NCBI GenBank assembly: GCA_951406725.2
Contig: OX597833.1
Location: 8,122,001-8,186,000 of the forward strand
DNA length: 64,000 nucleotides
Source of the DNA: Octopus vulgaris
Lineage: Eukaryota
Reading direction: 5' to 3'
Under the pieces are notes generated by a model. It was not told where the DNA came from. It saw only the letters and a program-made list of their open reading frames with translations, and searched no databases. Positions within the stretch are counted from its first letter, which is position 1, and the number at the start of each line of letters is the position of its first letter. Shown in pieces: positions 13,038-28,138 of this stretch. A program made the position numbers and the translations under genes.

Positions 13038-16000
13038 TACATATTCTACACTATAACAACACTACTGTAATAAAAAAGAAACAACAAAAGAACAGCCTGC
13101 TTGTGAAATTAATGTGTAAGTGGCTGAGTATTCCAGAGACATGCATACCCTTAATGTAGTTCTCAGGGAGATTCAGCATGACATAGAATGTGATAAGGTT
13201 GGCCCTTTTTTTAATTACAGATGCAGCTCATTTTTGCCAGGTGAGTGGACTGGAAGTGACGTGAAATAAAGAGTCTTTTGCAGAGACACAAGGTGCTGCC
13301 AGGAATTGAACTCATGGACTGTGAGTTGCATGTCTTCAGTTGTATCACAGCACAACAAGCAACATCACATCACATCAACACCCTACCTCACAACTACAGA
13401 ACATCACATCAGAGCCATGCCATACCACAACTCCACACCACCACCACCACCACTGCAACATACCTCAATACACCCCACCCCAACAACTCACCATACCACA
13501 TAACCCAACACTGCACCACCCACCCCCCATTAGAATATCTTGAGTTCATAATCTGTTTTTACTTACAATTTTACATTCTTTAAATCTCTTTTGGAGACTG
13601 GATCTAAGACCCAGGAGACCAGAACCATGGATATTGTAAAGACACAGGCCAAACCTGCAGAGAAGAACACAAGAGAATTAGTTAATCACACACTGGAGGA
13701 GTGGGGGTCACATGTGGCTGGATTAGGACAGGAGAGGTTTGGAGGTCTTATCGAATATTGGTAAAGTGTTGGTAAAGATAAGAAGGGTACATGGTGTGCT
13801 ATGTGAAGGGAGGGAGTGAAAAAGTAGGGGTGAGGATCCCTTAGGGAGACGTGAATGGAAGGAATAGAAGTTTGGAGAGTTATTAGGGATGAGTGTAGGA
13901 AGAGGAATGCGGGATGGAATAATGGTTTCAAATTTTGCTACAAGGGCAACTATTTTGGGGGAGAGGGTATGTCAATTACATCGACCCCAGTCTTCAACTG
14001 GTACTTGATTTATCAACCTTGAAAGGATGAAAGGTAAAGTCAACCTCAGCAGAATTTGAACTCAGAACATAGTGACAGGCAAAAAACCACAAAGCATTTC
14101 GCCTGGTCTACTAACAAGTCTGCCAGCTCGCCACCTTGAGGGGAATGGAGGTACAACAATGATGATGAGGACGCCGATGCCAACGACAACAACAACAACA
14201 ATCCTTTCTACTATAGGCACAAGGCCTGAAATTTGGGGGAGGGGGATAGTTGATTTCATTGATTCCCAGTGTTTCACTGGTACTTAATTTATCGACCCCA
14301 AAAGGATGAAAGGTAAAGGCGACCATAGCGGAATTTGAACTCAGAACATAGCGACAAGTGAAATATTGCTAAGCATTTTGCCTGGGGCACTAACAATTCT
14401 GCCAGCTCACCACCTTAATAACAATAATAATAATAATAATAATAACAATAATAATAATAATAATAATAAAAACTATGATGATAATTTTTAGTGGTAAAAG
14501 GGAGAGTAAAGTGATACAGGTTGCAAGGAAGTAGAGACACAGCAGAGATACAGTAGAGATATAGAGCAGATGTAGAGTAGAGAAAGAGTAGACGAAATAA
14601 AGACACCATTGCAAATGCATATAAAAGATAGCAGCACGATAGATATAGAAATATTATAGAAACAGAGTAGAGATAGACAGACAGACAGACAGCAAGATAG
14701 AATGCCACAGAGTTAGGTAAGCTAAATAGATTAGACATAGAGACAAGAGAGTTATGTAGCAAGAAACATAGGCTTTGAGGGCAGAGTTAAAAAGCAAGCT
14801 GTGTGCTCTTAAAAGCACATCTGCTTCTTCTAGTATTACAATCCGGTTTGTGGCTGTTGTATGTATGTGGGGTGGGCATATTAGAGTTGAACATTCAGGA
14901 AATAATAACAGGAAGTTGGAAACAAGTTTTTGGTTCTATCTGATTCTCTGTCTGAAGAATTTCTGATAGGAAATTTCTTACCTGTCTATAAAACAGGTAA
15001 ATCTTTGTGGTTCCTATTAGTAAATGAAACATGTGTAATGGGGAATAAATAATTCCTGAAACAAAATTTAAAAACTTCCTGTTTTGATAGAAAGACAATT
15101 AGTAAGCAATATAAAGATTTAGACAATTAACTAAAAAGATAGGTACATAGATAGGCGCAGGAGTGGCTGTGAGGTAAGTAGCTTGCTAACCAACCACATG
15201 GTTCCAGGTTCAGTCCCACTGCATGGCATCTTGGGCAAGTGTCTTCTGCTATAGCCCCGGGCCAACCAATGCCTTGTGAGTGGATTTGGTAGACGGAAAC
15301 TGAAAGAAGCCTGTCGTATATATGTATATATATATATACATGTATGTGTGTGTTTGTGTGTCTGTGTTTGTCCCCCTAGCATTGCTTGACAACTGATGCT
15401 GGTATGTTTACGTCTCCATCACTCAGCGATTCGGCAAAAGAGACCAATAGAATAAGTACTGGGCTTATAAAGAATAAGTCCCGGGGTCGATTTGCTCGAC
15501 TGAAGGCGGTGCTCCAGCATGGCCGCAGTTAAATGACTGAAACAAGTAAAAGAGTAAAAGAGTATATGGCTAGCTAATCAGACAGGTAGGCTGACTAACA
15601 GACAGAGACAGTTGGCTATTAAATATAGACACATAGCTAAACAGTTAATTAGACATCTAGATAGTCAGAGAGACAATTAGACAGAGCAAGAGAGAGTGTG
15701 GTCAGATGCAGAGTTAGATACCTAAATGGACATGTGGTCGCCATATTCTGTAGAGAGACAAACAGACAGAGAATGGGGGATGCAGTGAGATGAGAGGCAG
15801 GTAACCTGTAGTTTCCTTCAAGAAGAAGGAAATTATATTTTTGCGGTTGGTTTAGGGGGAAAGAAAAAAAAGACAGAGCTTAAAAATAAGTTTGAGGGAA
15901 GATGGTGGAAAATTGATACTTTCAGATGAAGTTGCTGATAAAATAGCTTTTGATGAAATAAGATAAAATGGATAACGTACCTGTATAAAAGAGGAACTGG

Positions 16001-16363
16001 AGAAAAAACTTTTGGTTATATTCTCCAACACAGTTGTTGATCCTGTTAAAGACACCAAGAATTACATATATATACCACTGCAGGCACACATATACATACA
16101 TACACACACACAAACATATATATATATATATATATATATACAACACTGCATGCACACATATACATACATACACACACACACATAAACATATATATATATA
16201 TATATATATACTCAAAATAAGCAACAAGAATGACTCCGGTTGTTTATTCTTGTTGCTTATTTTGATTATAATCACCCCACAAATTTTTATGGATAACATC
16301 ATACAAAATTCTGGTGCATCTAAATTAAGTACCATATTCAATCGAATCTAAATTTTTGCTGAA

Positions 16364-16433
<70 letters not shown>

Positions 16434-19400
16434 TAGATAAACATACACGTGTATATGTATGTATACACACACACACACAGAAAAAAGAACTAGAACACAG
16501 AATAATTCTCTTTAACTTAATCCATCTGGTTCTCATCTCTCTTTTATATAAATACACACACACACACACACAGATTAACATATCAATGTTAAGGGACTCA
16601 GCAAACAACCAAAATATCGGCTGGAATTCCCTTCTTCCTGTCAGGTGTAAAACCCCAGGACCGGCTTTCCCACCCATTAGGGCTGGTGTGATGAACACAT
16701 CAGGACAGGCTGGGTAAATGTGCTGTGGGGGGTAGAAGAGCAAAATGGAGGCGAGTCTCAGCCAGACCCCTCACAGGTACAAATTCTTTTGGGGTGGGTA
16801 ACAGTGTTAAAGTGAGTGGAGTAGGGATATTGGCAGAGAGAGAGAGAGAGAGAGAAAGATAGAGAGCATCACACAGCTGTAGTGTATCCTCCTTATATCA
16901 CTTGTACAACTACAACAGCTCCTGCTCCTCTCAAGTACCAGGTTGTGTAGCCTCTACATCCATGCCCTCCTCTTGTCATTCTTATTTAGTCTCACCATCA
17001 GAGTCCCTCATTAAACACTTCTTCTAGAACATTCTGTTCCCACCATTGTCTATGTTAACTGCAGTTCAAGCATCCTCCAGTGCCCTCTGCTGGTCTATAA
17101 ATATAATAGTTTTTTCTTTAATTAATTATGTTTTACTTTATTTTCATGCCCCCCACCCCAAAAAAAAACTCAGGTTCTGGATCTGGTTGAGAGCCAGTGG
17201 TTTATATTCTTTCCAGTTAAACACCACCCCACAACCTCCTTTCCTCCCCTCAGTCTGGTGGGGAGAGGGATGCATGTAGAAAGCCATGGGCAGCGTCCCT
17301 CTAATTTTGATCCCAGAATGTTGCTATAGTAACTGGGTGGTTGAGGCAGGAGGAAACAAAGTCAATTGAAGGTGATACTGACCAAGGGCAGTGGTGGTCC
17401 ATCCGTCGTATACAGCGTTGACATACTCGGCAGTGATGTGCTCGGGGTGGACGGTAGGTTTCACACTTCATACACACAGTCCAGCCGTTGTTCTGGATGG
17501 ACGAACCAGGGAAAGAAAGAGAGACAAACGAGAAGATTAAGATAACGATGATAACAAGCAGTAAATGAGTTTCATGGATAATTGATGAAAAAAAAATCAC
17601 ATGACAAGCTTTAAAAAGACAAAAAATAATAAAAAAAAAAGGAAAAACGTTATTTTAACGAAGCCAACACAATTAACAAACTAAAATACAGGCACCACCT
17701 AAAACAAAAAAACACCTAAAAAAAAATCAGTTTTGAAGGGAGGGGGAGAGAATTAAAATCTAATATTGCCAAAAAAAAAAATAATAATAATAATAATAAA
17801 AGGATCTTCTGAAGAAATAAAGAAATAACATTCTTGAAATATTTATTTAATTTTGAAAAACAACAAATTTCGTTAATGATAAAACAGAAAGAAAAAATGA
17901 ATAAAAGCATTTCTAAGGAATTGAAGATCATCAACAACAACAACTATGACTATTAATTATGTTGATCCTGGATCCAATTAGCAATAATTCTATACCAAGA
18001 AAATGAAGGATCTAAGAGATTCCATGGCATTTCAATGAGAAATAATAATAATAATAATAATAATACATTAAACAAACAAACAAAAATAACATTTAAGAAA
18101 TGACTAACTTTTATGAATTAAAGATTAAGAGCCAGGACCACAACAATAACAACAACAAGATTTGAAAAAAGAAAGAAGAATCTTATTTAAGTCTTAACAC
18201 AAACAACGAAGACGGTTTGGAAACATTGGTCTCAGAAGAAATCTTGTTAAACGGCTTAAAATGCAATGGAATGGTCAACAACAACAGCAACAGCAGCAAT
18301 AACAACAACAAGCTGTGGAAAGATAATGCTGAGAAATGGAGCAGTTTACAGGGTTGTATACCGAGGGACGCATTCTGCATGAAGAACTGACAGTAAAGTG
18401 GGTTCTAATGGTGTTAATGTTGAGTCAAGAAATATTTAATGAATTAAAATTATGCCTGTAGTGACGAGGAAAAAAAAAAAACTTAATAACTTTATGATTA
18501 ATTCTGGTAAAAAAGAAAGGGGAGACAACCCTGGAATTAAGGGAAATAATGCTTGATTTTTATTTAGTTTTATTAAAAGAAGCCCACTTTTTAAGAACAC
18601 ATTATCATTATTATTATTATTATTATTATCTTAGGTTAAAAGGATGAGATGAAAATTTGTCATGATATAGTTTTTCTTTTAGTTTTCTTTTTTTAGAACT
18701 GGTCGACCCATGATAGATTTTGGAGACTAATCCACCTGAATGTTGAAATTTTAAAAAAATGATATGGAAAAATAAGGCAGAAAGTATGTCAAAGGTTTAA
18801 AAAAAACTTACAATAAAGACAAACATTAAAAAAGCTGATTAAAAATACTACAAACTTATATTTATAAAAAAAAACAAAAAACTTACCGACTCCATCAATT
18901 CCACAACTTTTCTGAAACTAGAATTCCAATAGATTAACAACTCCAAGAATTCAAACTTATCTAAATTATGGTAGAGATATCCCATGATGCTTCATTATCA
19001 TCCTCATCCTCATCATTGTCATTGATGTTTGAATATGAGCACTTCTTTGCTAATGTGGGTTGGATAGGTTTGCAGTACAACAGTTGTCTGTGTGTCTTGA
19101 CATTAGACAAACATACCCTAACACACTTCAATGGTGGGACCAAACTACTTTCCCCCCTCATCTCTCTCTATCTACCTAACAATCTATGTATATATATATA
19201 TATCATTCATGATGTGAAGGGTATTTCAAGACACTTAAATATCTGTGCATTGCTCTCTTCAAACAAATCAAGAGGGTTTTATTTCTTTCATATCCCCTAG
19301 GGAACATAACATGCTAACACAAGAAATGAAAGCATATGCACTCATTGTTGCCGTATGTGCAGAACACAGCAATTGAGAAATTGCCAGTTTTCTGAATGTT

Positions 19401-20754
19401 GCAAGATCTTTTATAGAGAAAGTCCAGATGGTTTTGGAAGCGTTTGATGGGAATGTTTCCACTGCATGAGAGAAAAAAAATCATTTGAAACATTCGAACA
19501 CTATAAGTTCTTGCAATTCAGCCAATGGGTTCTAAAACTTATCAATGATGACCCCAGAATTTCAATAAAGGCCATCACCAAAGAACTCCAAGTGGTAGAG
19601 TGGACTATCACAACTGTGGTGCACGCAGACATTTGATACAATTTATATGTACTGAGATGAGGCCAACGCATGCCTGTAAGGACATGGAAACGGATCCATA
19701 CCAAGTGATTGGCACAGGTCCTTCTAATGTCTCCAGAGTAATGTACACAAGGTTTCCAGCAGCTGTGGTGGTCTTTAGGAGTTGTGAGTAACGAAGGTTG
19801 TGTCATGTCAACTCACATATTCCCACAGGGTCCTAGAATTAATGCTGCTGAATACACTGAGGTGTTGGAGACAGTTGATAAACCTTCAACAAACCCCAAC
19901 ACCTTTTCATAAAACCCACCCAAGAATGGATGTGTCAGACAATCTTTTCAATCATTTAACACCAAACTCACAAGATTTAAAATCGTACGGATTCTTTTGT
20001 AGCGTCGTTGATACAGAGACTAACCGAACATCCTCGCTATACCGTGATACAATGACGGCCGCTATTGACCGGGTGACATCCGAAATGAACAAAGACCATT
20101 TAGTGAAGGCGTGTCAATGATTCAGGTCCCAGCACTGAAGCAATCTTCAAAGTTGAAGGTGGATTCTCACAAGCTCTCTGATAAGAAAGCTTATTGAGAA
20201 CAAATGCACAAATTTTTGTTAAAATATATTTGATCTTTGTTAGACTAGAATTGTTTTATTAAATTACCAAATATGTCCTCAAATACCTCATCATTTAATG
20301 TCCATTCTCTATGCTAGGATGGGTTTGGATTGTTTGGCAAGAGTTGGCAAGCCAGAGGGCCATGCCAAATTCTAGTGTATATATATATATATATTTGTAT
20401 ATGTATATATTTTCATACACACACACACAGAGGCACAGACTTATGATTAGTATTAATATAATTAGTATGATAAAGCCAGACTTCCCTTTACATCATGAAT
20501 GATGAGTGATAAATGAATAGGACTAATGTCTAATGTTGAATTGCATGTGACAATCATTGGTGGCAATGAAATCACCCAACCATGAAATACCTTTTATGGA
20601 ATAAGACTGGAAAACCCAAAACTAGCAAAATGTGCTTAACTTTCAGGATGTGGTGCAGACATGGCCAACCCATTCAAGAGTGGGAGTGAGGGCAGGAGAA
20701 AAGAGGATAATGATGATGGTTAGTAGAAGTAGAAGTTAAGGAGGAGCTGCAAAG

Positions 20755-20791
<37 letters not shown>

Positions 20792-23016
20792 TTAAACACA
20801 CACACAAACATACATATGATAACATACACACACACACCCACTTTACATCTATGTTCACCATGGACAGGATGGTGTAATGTTTGACAGTCAGACAATATTA
20901 CACCAATTGTAGGGGGTCACCTTGGGTCAGAGTACTTGAGAAAACCTTCATAGAGGGCACTGCAATCAACACTATGTACTGAGAGAATCCCAGAGTACAA
21001 GATTGCTGTCAGTTCTTGCCATGGTGCCTTGCCAATTTATCTATTGATTAACACTAATTATTAATTAAGAAATATAATGGAACTCACCAGATCAACAGAG
21101 AGGGGATATCTGCGAGTGGTGGGTGTGGTGGTGGGGGTGGGGGTTCTAGTGGTTTCTGTTGGTCGTACAGAAGGATGTCAATTAAATAATGAAGACACTA
21201 TAGAGCCATTTGACTTGCTGGAAATAGCAGTCAAATCTCTCCTCAAATTACACCTTGACACTTTAAATAGATAGGATATGATGGACTGTGACAGACAAAT
21301 ACACAGACAGACAGTGAAGATAAATCATAGATCCATATTTGTTATACAAAACACAAATATATATTCTAATAATTTTTTTCTTAAAATTCTCCCTGCACTG
21401 TTATAAATATTTTTGAAATATTTTTTGCATAACATAAATAGAAAATTACAAAAACAATTTCAAGAAATAGGCAAGAAAAAGCCATATATAACATAAAAAT
21501 ACATAAATATCATTTAAAATATAATTTAAAATATGCAAGAAAAGGCTAAATATATATAATTCAAAATGGAGACAGTCATCTCAATAAAAATTTATTGATG
21601 AAACATAAAACCATTTTGAAAGTAAAATGGTATTCCACTTATTACGATTTTCTTGGAAATTCCCAATAAATTAATTTATCAACTTAATTAATATTTGTGT
21701 TTAGACAGATTGGTTATAAAGTCCAACGTATTTCATGTAAAGGTTCCTACCATCCAAAAAGAATGGTCAACAGAGCATGTTGGTTCGGGCAATGCCATTG
21801 GACAGAACCAGCTTAAACCTTTAGCATTTAAAACCAAAACCCGTTTTTGGCCCAAATATTGTCCCTGTTTTATGTTCCAACCAACCAGAGCTGGCCTCTC
21901 ACACCTACCCTATAATGCCAGTCTAGAAACAAACAGTCACAGCATCGAAAAAACCCATAGTTATGAGATAATCCAGGATTAATTCTAAACAATGTGAACA
22001 AATAAGGATTAGATTTGACAGAATAATCTGGACGCTAAATGGTTAAACCACTTTGGGTGGCATAAAGTGGTTTTTCTCACCTGGATTTTTCTAGATAAAA
22101 GGAAAGGTAAGTCCGGTATGTCTGGCAGAGACAATTAAATGTAGGGGTTGTCAAGGGAGCCCTTGGTGATGGCCTCAATCCATTTGTAAGTCTGATAAAT
22201 GGTTGTCATTGATGCCTTGTTATTTTCTTCCGCCAGGTTATTTATTGCTTTTGTGTCTTATCAGTGCGTCCACCCCTTCACCCTCCATGAGGTTACTAGT
22301 TTAGTCACCGACAGCCAAATACAATTGGTTTATATGTTTATCAATAGTAGATTGTTCTTGATCTGATCTGACATATAAATATGCAAGGGAAACCAAGTTA
22401 CATAATCAGACAGGTTTTGTGTAATTCACCCTTTCTGGTTCACTGCATTCAGCCAACAGGTTTTCTTCTTTTCACAACAACAAACTGCTTTAAATAAACA
22501 ATATGCACCTCATTCACCCTTTAACCTTCAAGTGTCATCTATAAACAACATGAAGTCATCAGAGAGACAATATTTCCACGAACAGAGAAGTTGGAAAGAT
22601 TTTTAAATGGGAAGAGGACAACAACCAAAATACAATCAAATGAACCGTTTCATCATTCAGTCTCATCAATCACGTCCACAATGGCCACTAAATATTCCAC
22701 ATGGACTCTTCTGTTTTATCCAATGTTATGTAACAATTCTAGTCTCTTTGAAAATAACAGAACGTTTGAAAAGTTGCAGGACTTTTATAATCAACTTGTC
22801 AATATTGTTTTTGGAAGGAACCGTTACTGTTGCTGCTGTTGGAATGAAACATTGATAAATACATGGGACAAACCATAGCTTGTTCTATTGCTGCTGGACA
22901 GAGAGAGAAATTGAACAGACATTGCTAATTAGATCACAGCTGTAATTAAATGAAGGAGAAGAGAACGTGAAGGACAGAGCTGGATGTGGGACAACATTGT
23001 AAATTAGATACATCAA

Positions 23017-23048
<32 letters not shown>

Positions 23049-24026
23049 ACACACACGCACACACACACATGCACACACACATATGCACACACACACACAT
23101 GCACACACATGCACACACACATGCACACACACAAGTACACATACACACACATGCACACTCACACAAGTACATACACACACATGCACACACACAAGTACAT
23201 ATAGACACACACACACATGCACACACACACACATGCACACACACACACATGCACACACACACATACATACACACACACGCACACACACACACACACACAT
23301 GCACACACACACTGAAAACTACTTCCAATACTGTAGAGTCCAGGTTGACATCCAAGAATTGTGTTTAATGATCAGCTGAGGGTAAAACATAGATCGGTCA
23401 ATTTAGTGACCGGACAAACGTGTAAAACTCTGTTTTGATTAAATTAAAGTCAATTGTTAATCAATCAATTAACTGCAGCGAATACTAAATATTAATTTCA
23501 AATAAATCAATACCCCAAAAAAGTGATGAAAGGCCAATTTGATGTTCGAAATGGTGGGGTAAGATTTTCGTTATATTTAAAAAAAAAAAAAGAAAGAAAT
23601 TGAGAGAATTTAGTATTTTTAGATCATAATAATTATTATTATAATATTAGGTTGTCCCAAAAGTTCATAAACACTTGCGAAAATTTAATTTTTACTCGCC
23701 AAGTACTAACAAAAACAACAAAAATTATTCCTCAAAATAAAGACAATTATTTTCCAAGACTTTCTACGAACTTTTGGGACGACCTTATAATAAAGATGGT
23801 TTCAAATTTTGGCACAATGCCAGCAAGTTCATAGAAGGGGGGGAGGGTAAGTCGATTGCACCGACCTCAGTTCTTGATTGGTCCTTATTTTACTGAGCCT
23901 GAAAGAATGAAAGGCAAAGTCAACCTCAATGAAATTTGAACTCAGAACACAAAGACAGACGAAATATCACAAAGCATTTTGCCTGGCGTGCTAACCACTG
24001 TGCCAGCTTGCCACCTTAATAATAAC

Positions 24027-24058
<32 letters not shown>

Positions 24059-24576
24059 TGGTCCCTTCTAAGGCCAGCAGATTTGAGGGATACTTGACTG
24101 GTGCTTTATCTTACTGACCCCCAAAGGGATGAAGGGCAAAGTTAACCTCAGTGAGGAGATTTGAAGGGCTGGAAGTAATACTGCGAGGAATTTTTATCTG
24201 GTGCTCCACCGATTCTGCCAAGTGACAAGAAAAGCACAAATGGTAAAAACCCTTAAAACAAAAACAAAAAAATAAATTTTTCTGAAAAAGGAGAAAACAG
24301 CAAAAACATGAACATCAATGGTAACAACAACAACAACAATAATAATACTAAGAAAAAGAAAAAGAAGAATGATTAACAGATTGTTTCTGATATATTAATT
24401 AATTGAAACAAGTAATAAGGTAATTAAAACATGGGAATGTTCAACCATTAACGTGTTCGTTAAAGATACATATTCAATTAAATATTATTATTAAGTATTT
24501 GAAGAATTGTCGATTAACATGAAGCATGTCTCGGGGGTGGGGAGAAACATGCATGAGAAAGGGCACACTTGCTAAT

Positions 24577-24626
<50 letters not shown>

Positions 24627-24817
24627 CATATATATATGTATACACATACACATTCATTGGTTTAGAGATTGAGACATTTATGCATACACTTAAATATATA
24701 CATACAGATTTATACAAACATACATTTGTATATACATTTATATACACATAGATATATACATAGATTTATGCACACATATCATATTTACTTGTGTATAAGT
24801 CACACGCATGTGTGTCA

Positions 24818-24864
<47 letters not shown>

Positions 24865-25804
24865 AACTTTGCCCCCTGTATAATAAGTTGCATGCTAATC
24901 AAAATCATGTATAACACATGAGTGAATATGGTATATTTATATATACATTGATTTGTACATACATACATTTCTATATATACTGATGCATCTATACACTTAT
25001 ACATCCAGGAGGCCCAATCTCTCACTTTGTAAAGACAAAGTGAAAAACATTCTCATTCCTCAAAGAATTATTTTGTCATGAATTCCACAAACTTCCAATC
25101 AAAATGGTTCTACTTTTCACCATTTATTTTTCACTTGTTTCAGTCATTGTGGCCATGCTGGGGCATCATCTGGAAGACCTTTTAGTGAAATGAATTGTAC
25201 CACCCTGTACCAGTTATTTTTTTGTGTCTGTTTTGTATGTTTTATATTTGAGAGGTAACCTGTTTGGTCATGTGACTAACCACTTCAACCAATGAGAGTC
25301 GGCCTAACTGACAAAGTGCAGACACACGTTCAGTCCTTCCTCTCTGTTGCCCGACTCATTGTATGAAACTCTGAGTAACAACACAGAGAATCAAGAAGAG
25401 AAATTCTACACCCTCCACTGAAAGTTCTATTATTTGTAATCATAGGCAGGTGGGTGGGTGGGTAGGTCTGACTAGAGAGACGGACAGACAGACACAGATA
25501 TGTATAAATGGATGGATGGACATGAATGTATGTAAGTAGAAGCTTACACAAAACATATGTATGTAGATATGAATGTATATATGCATGTATAAACTACACG
25601 AAATATATATATACATATAAGCTACATGACTATACACATACACACACCTACTCATTGGCAGAAAGAAATATACATGAAGAAAGCAGGGCTGGGAAACTAC
25701 AATAAAATTTATTTGCCAAAAGCAGCATCACTTAAAACTATGACACGTCAGCTAAGCATAAATTTCCACCTGGCCTGCTCACTGATATACATATATATGT
25801 ATGT

Positions 25805-25883
<79 letters not shown>

Positions 25884-26477
25884 TGGTGAACAGAATTATT
25901 TCATCCATTTGGTTAAACTCCCTCTGATGAGTGCTGCTGAAGTGAATCAGACGAAACCTTTTGCCCTGACGAAACAATCCTGTTCACCAACAACAAACAA
26001 TTATATAGCTCTAACACAGAGATGCATTGAGCACTTTTTACAGGAAAAGCAATAATGGAACTCTCACACACAAACACACATATATACACACATGTATATA
26101 TATAGTAAACTCTATCAAAAAACTTGAGTGAATCTGCCATGGGGAATGGAAAGTCCATCATGTCAGACTGAGGGCTTTTTCAGGGCAAAAGTTGAAAAAA
26201 GTGAAAATAATTTTACAAAGAGTTTTATATTTTCAAAGTTGCACCCATTTTTTTTTCTAACTTTGAAGATGTAAAACTCTGTTGTGTCTCATCAATTTCT
26301 CTTCTTTCAGCTTTTCTTTGAAGAAGGACTTTTGTCCAAACGTTAGGTTTGCCAATCCTCACTGCAAATTCGTTGAACTCTTTACATCAGTTTCATAAAA
26401 TAATATATTCTTGCAGATATAGACCAACACCAGTCTCTTTGGAATCTGATCATGCACACACACACACACACACACAT

Positions 26478-26530
<53 letters not shown>

Positions 26531-28095
26531 GCCATATGTTGAAGTTGTAAGAATGCAAGATGAACATGAGGAAAAGTCTCTATCAGACTGGTGCCATGTT
26601 GAAATATTCTTTAACCAAAATCTTTTCAAATATTCAGAAACAAAAATCAAGAATAAAGAAACCAAAATATAAAAATAATTATTTTTGTGTTTTTCTGTAT
26701 TTTTCGTAATGATTACGTTTTTTTTATTTTCTTTGTTTCTCTGGTGGAACTGGAGGAGGGGGTCCAATAGTCTAAAGGGGTTTACTGAAATTTCAAGAGT
26801 AGGGGCTGGGCTCTTTCCCCAGCATTATAGGCCCTGGAGCAAAACAATACACATACATACATTAACACTCAGTCCTCTAGACTTGTTGGGGGGAGGGGTG
26901 CACCAAATAACACCCCAGTGTGTGCACACCTTCGGGTAGCAGTGGGAGAGGGAATTCTAAGGTGGGCTTTTGATGAAGATGGCTAAAAAGAATCACCAGA
27001 AAGGAACTTTCTTTTTGTTATCATTGTTGTTTGGCCCCAAGTTTGCTCTGAAAAGACCTATGATAAAGAGGCATTCCAGCAATGACCATCCTGTCTTTCA
27101 TGTATATCTAGAACATTATCACGTGTGCTCTACTCTTTTTAAGACAGCAGAGTGTGTTTTTGTGGGATATTGGCTGTTATTTCTAGCATATCAAACAATC
27201 ACATAAGTCAACAGTTTTTTTTTATTTGGTGGTGGTGGGGGTGTTTATCTGTTGAGGCAGATATTCTGCAGTCAGATGCCGAGCCGGTCACCAACCCTTA
27301 TCCGTTTCTAAGCAAGGTAATGTTTCCCCGTGGCCAGACATGTTTTCATGGCAGACTGCAAATGAAGGACATTGTTTGCATGGCAGACACTGACTTGCAA
27401 CTACATGGGACGTCAATACAAGTACATTCACACACACACACACTCTACTTTTTTTTTCTTTCTTTTTTTTCCAGTTTCCATCAACCAAATCTACTCATAA
27501 GGATTTGGTCGGCCCAAGGCTGAGCCCATGTAGCCATGCATGGGGACTGAAATTGAAGCCACATGACTGGAGAACAAACTTCTTAACCACAGCCATGCCT
27601 GCACCCAAACATGTATGTGCAGAAATGCGTGTGTGTATTTATATATATACAATTTTAAATATGTTATATGTATATAATATATATTGTTATTGTTATATAA
27701 TGTTATATATAGATCTATAGATACCTAAAGATATGCATGCATATACAGAGATACATACATATATATATATGTGTGTGGTGTATGTATATATCATTTCACA
27801 GTTTATTGAAAGTTATCAACAAATATATATATTTACACACAGCAAATATATATAATGTACACCTTTTCAACATAAGGAAGATAACGCCTTTTAAATACAT
27901 ACAACTCTCTCTCTCTCTCTCTCTCTTGTATATATATAGATATATATACACACATACACATATATATACATATATACACACACACATATACATATATATA
28001 TATATATATACATATACATACATATATATATATATACACATACATATATATATACACATACATAGGTATATATATATACACATACATATATATAT

Positions 28096-28138
<43 letters not shown>

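Noticed and set aside
18165-18390. Protein-looking plus-strand frame ([12 protein letters not shown]...)
   Set aside because: Bounded by stops, with no splice signals or motif; partly an AAC repeat
22885-23379. Long Cys/Val, His/Thr and Tyr/Ile ORFs here and at 27737, 33508, 46245, 60949 and elsewhere
   Set aside because: Translations of CA/TA microsatellites
25921-25990. CTGATGAG...CGAAAC hammerhead-like core
   Set aside because: Stem II is plausible, but no stem I/III or UH site could be formed
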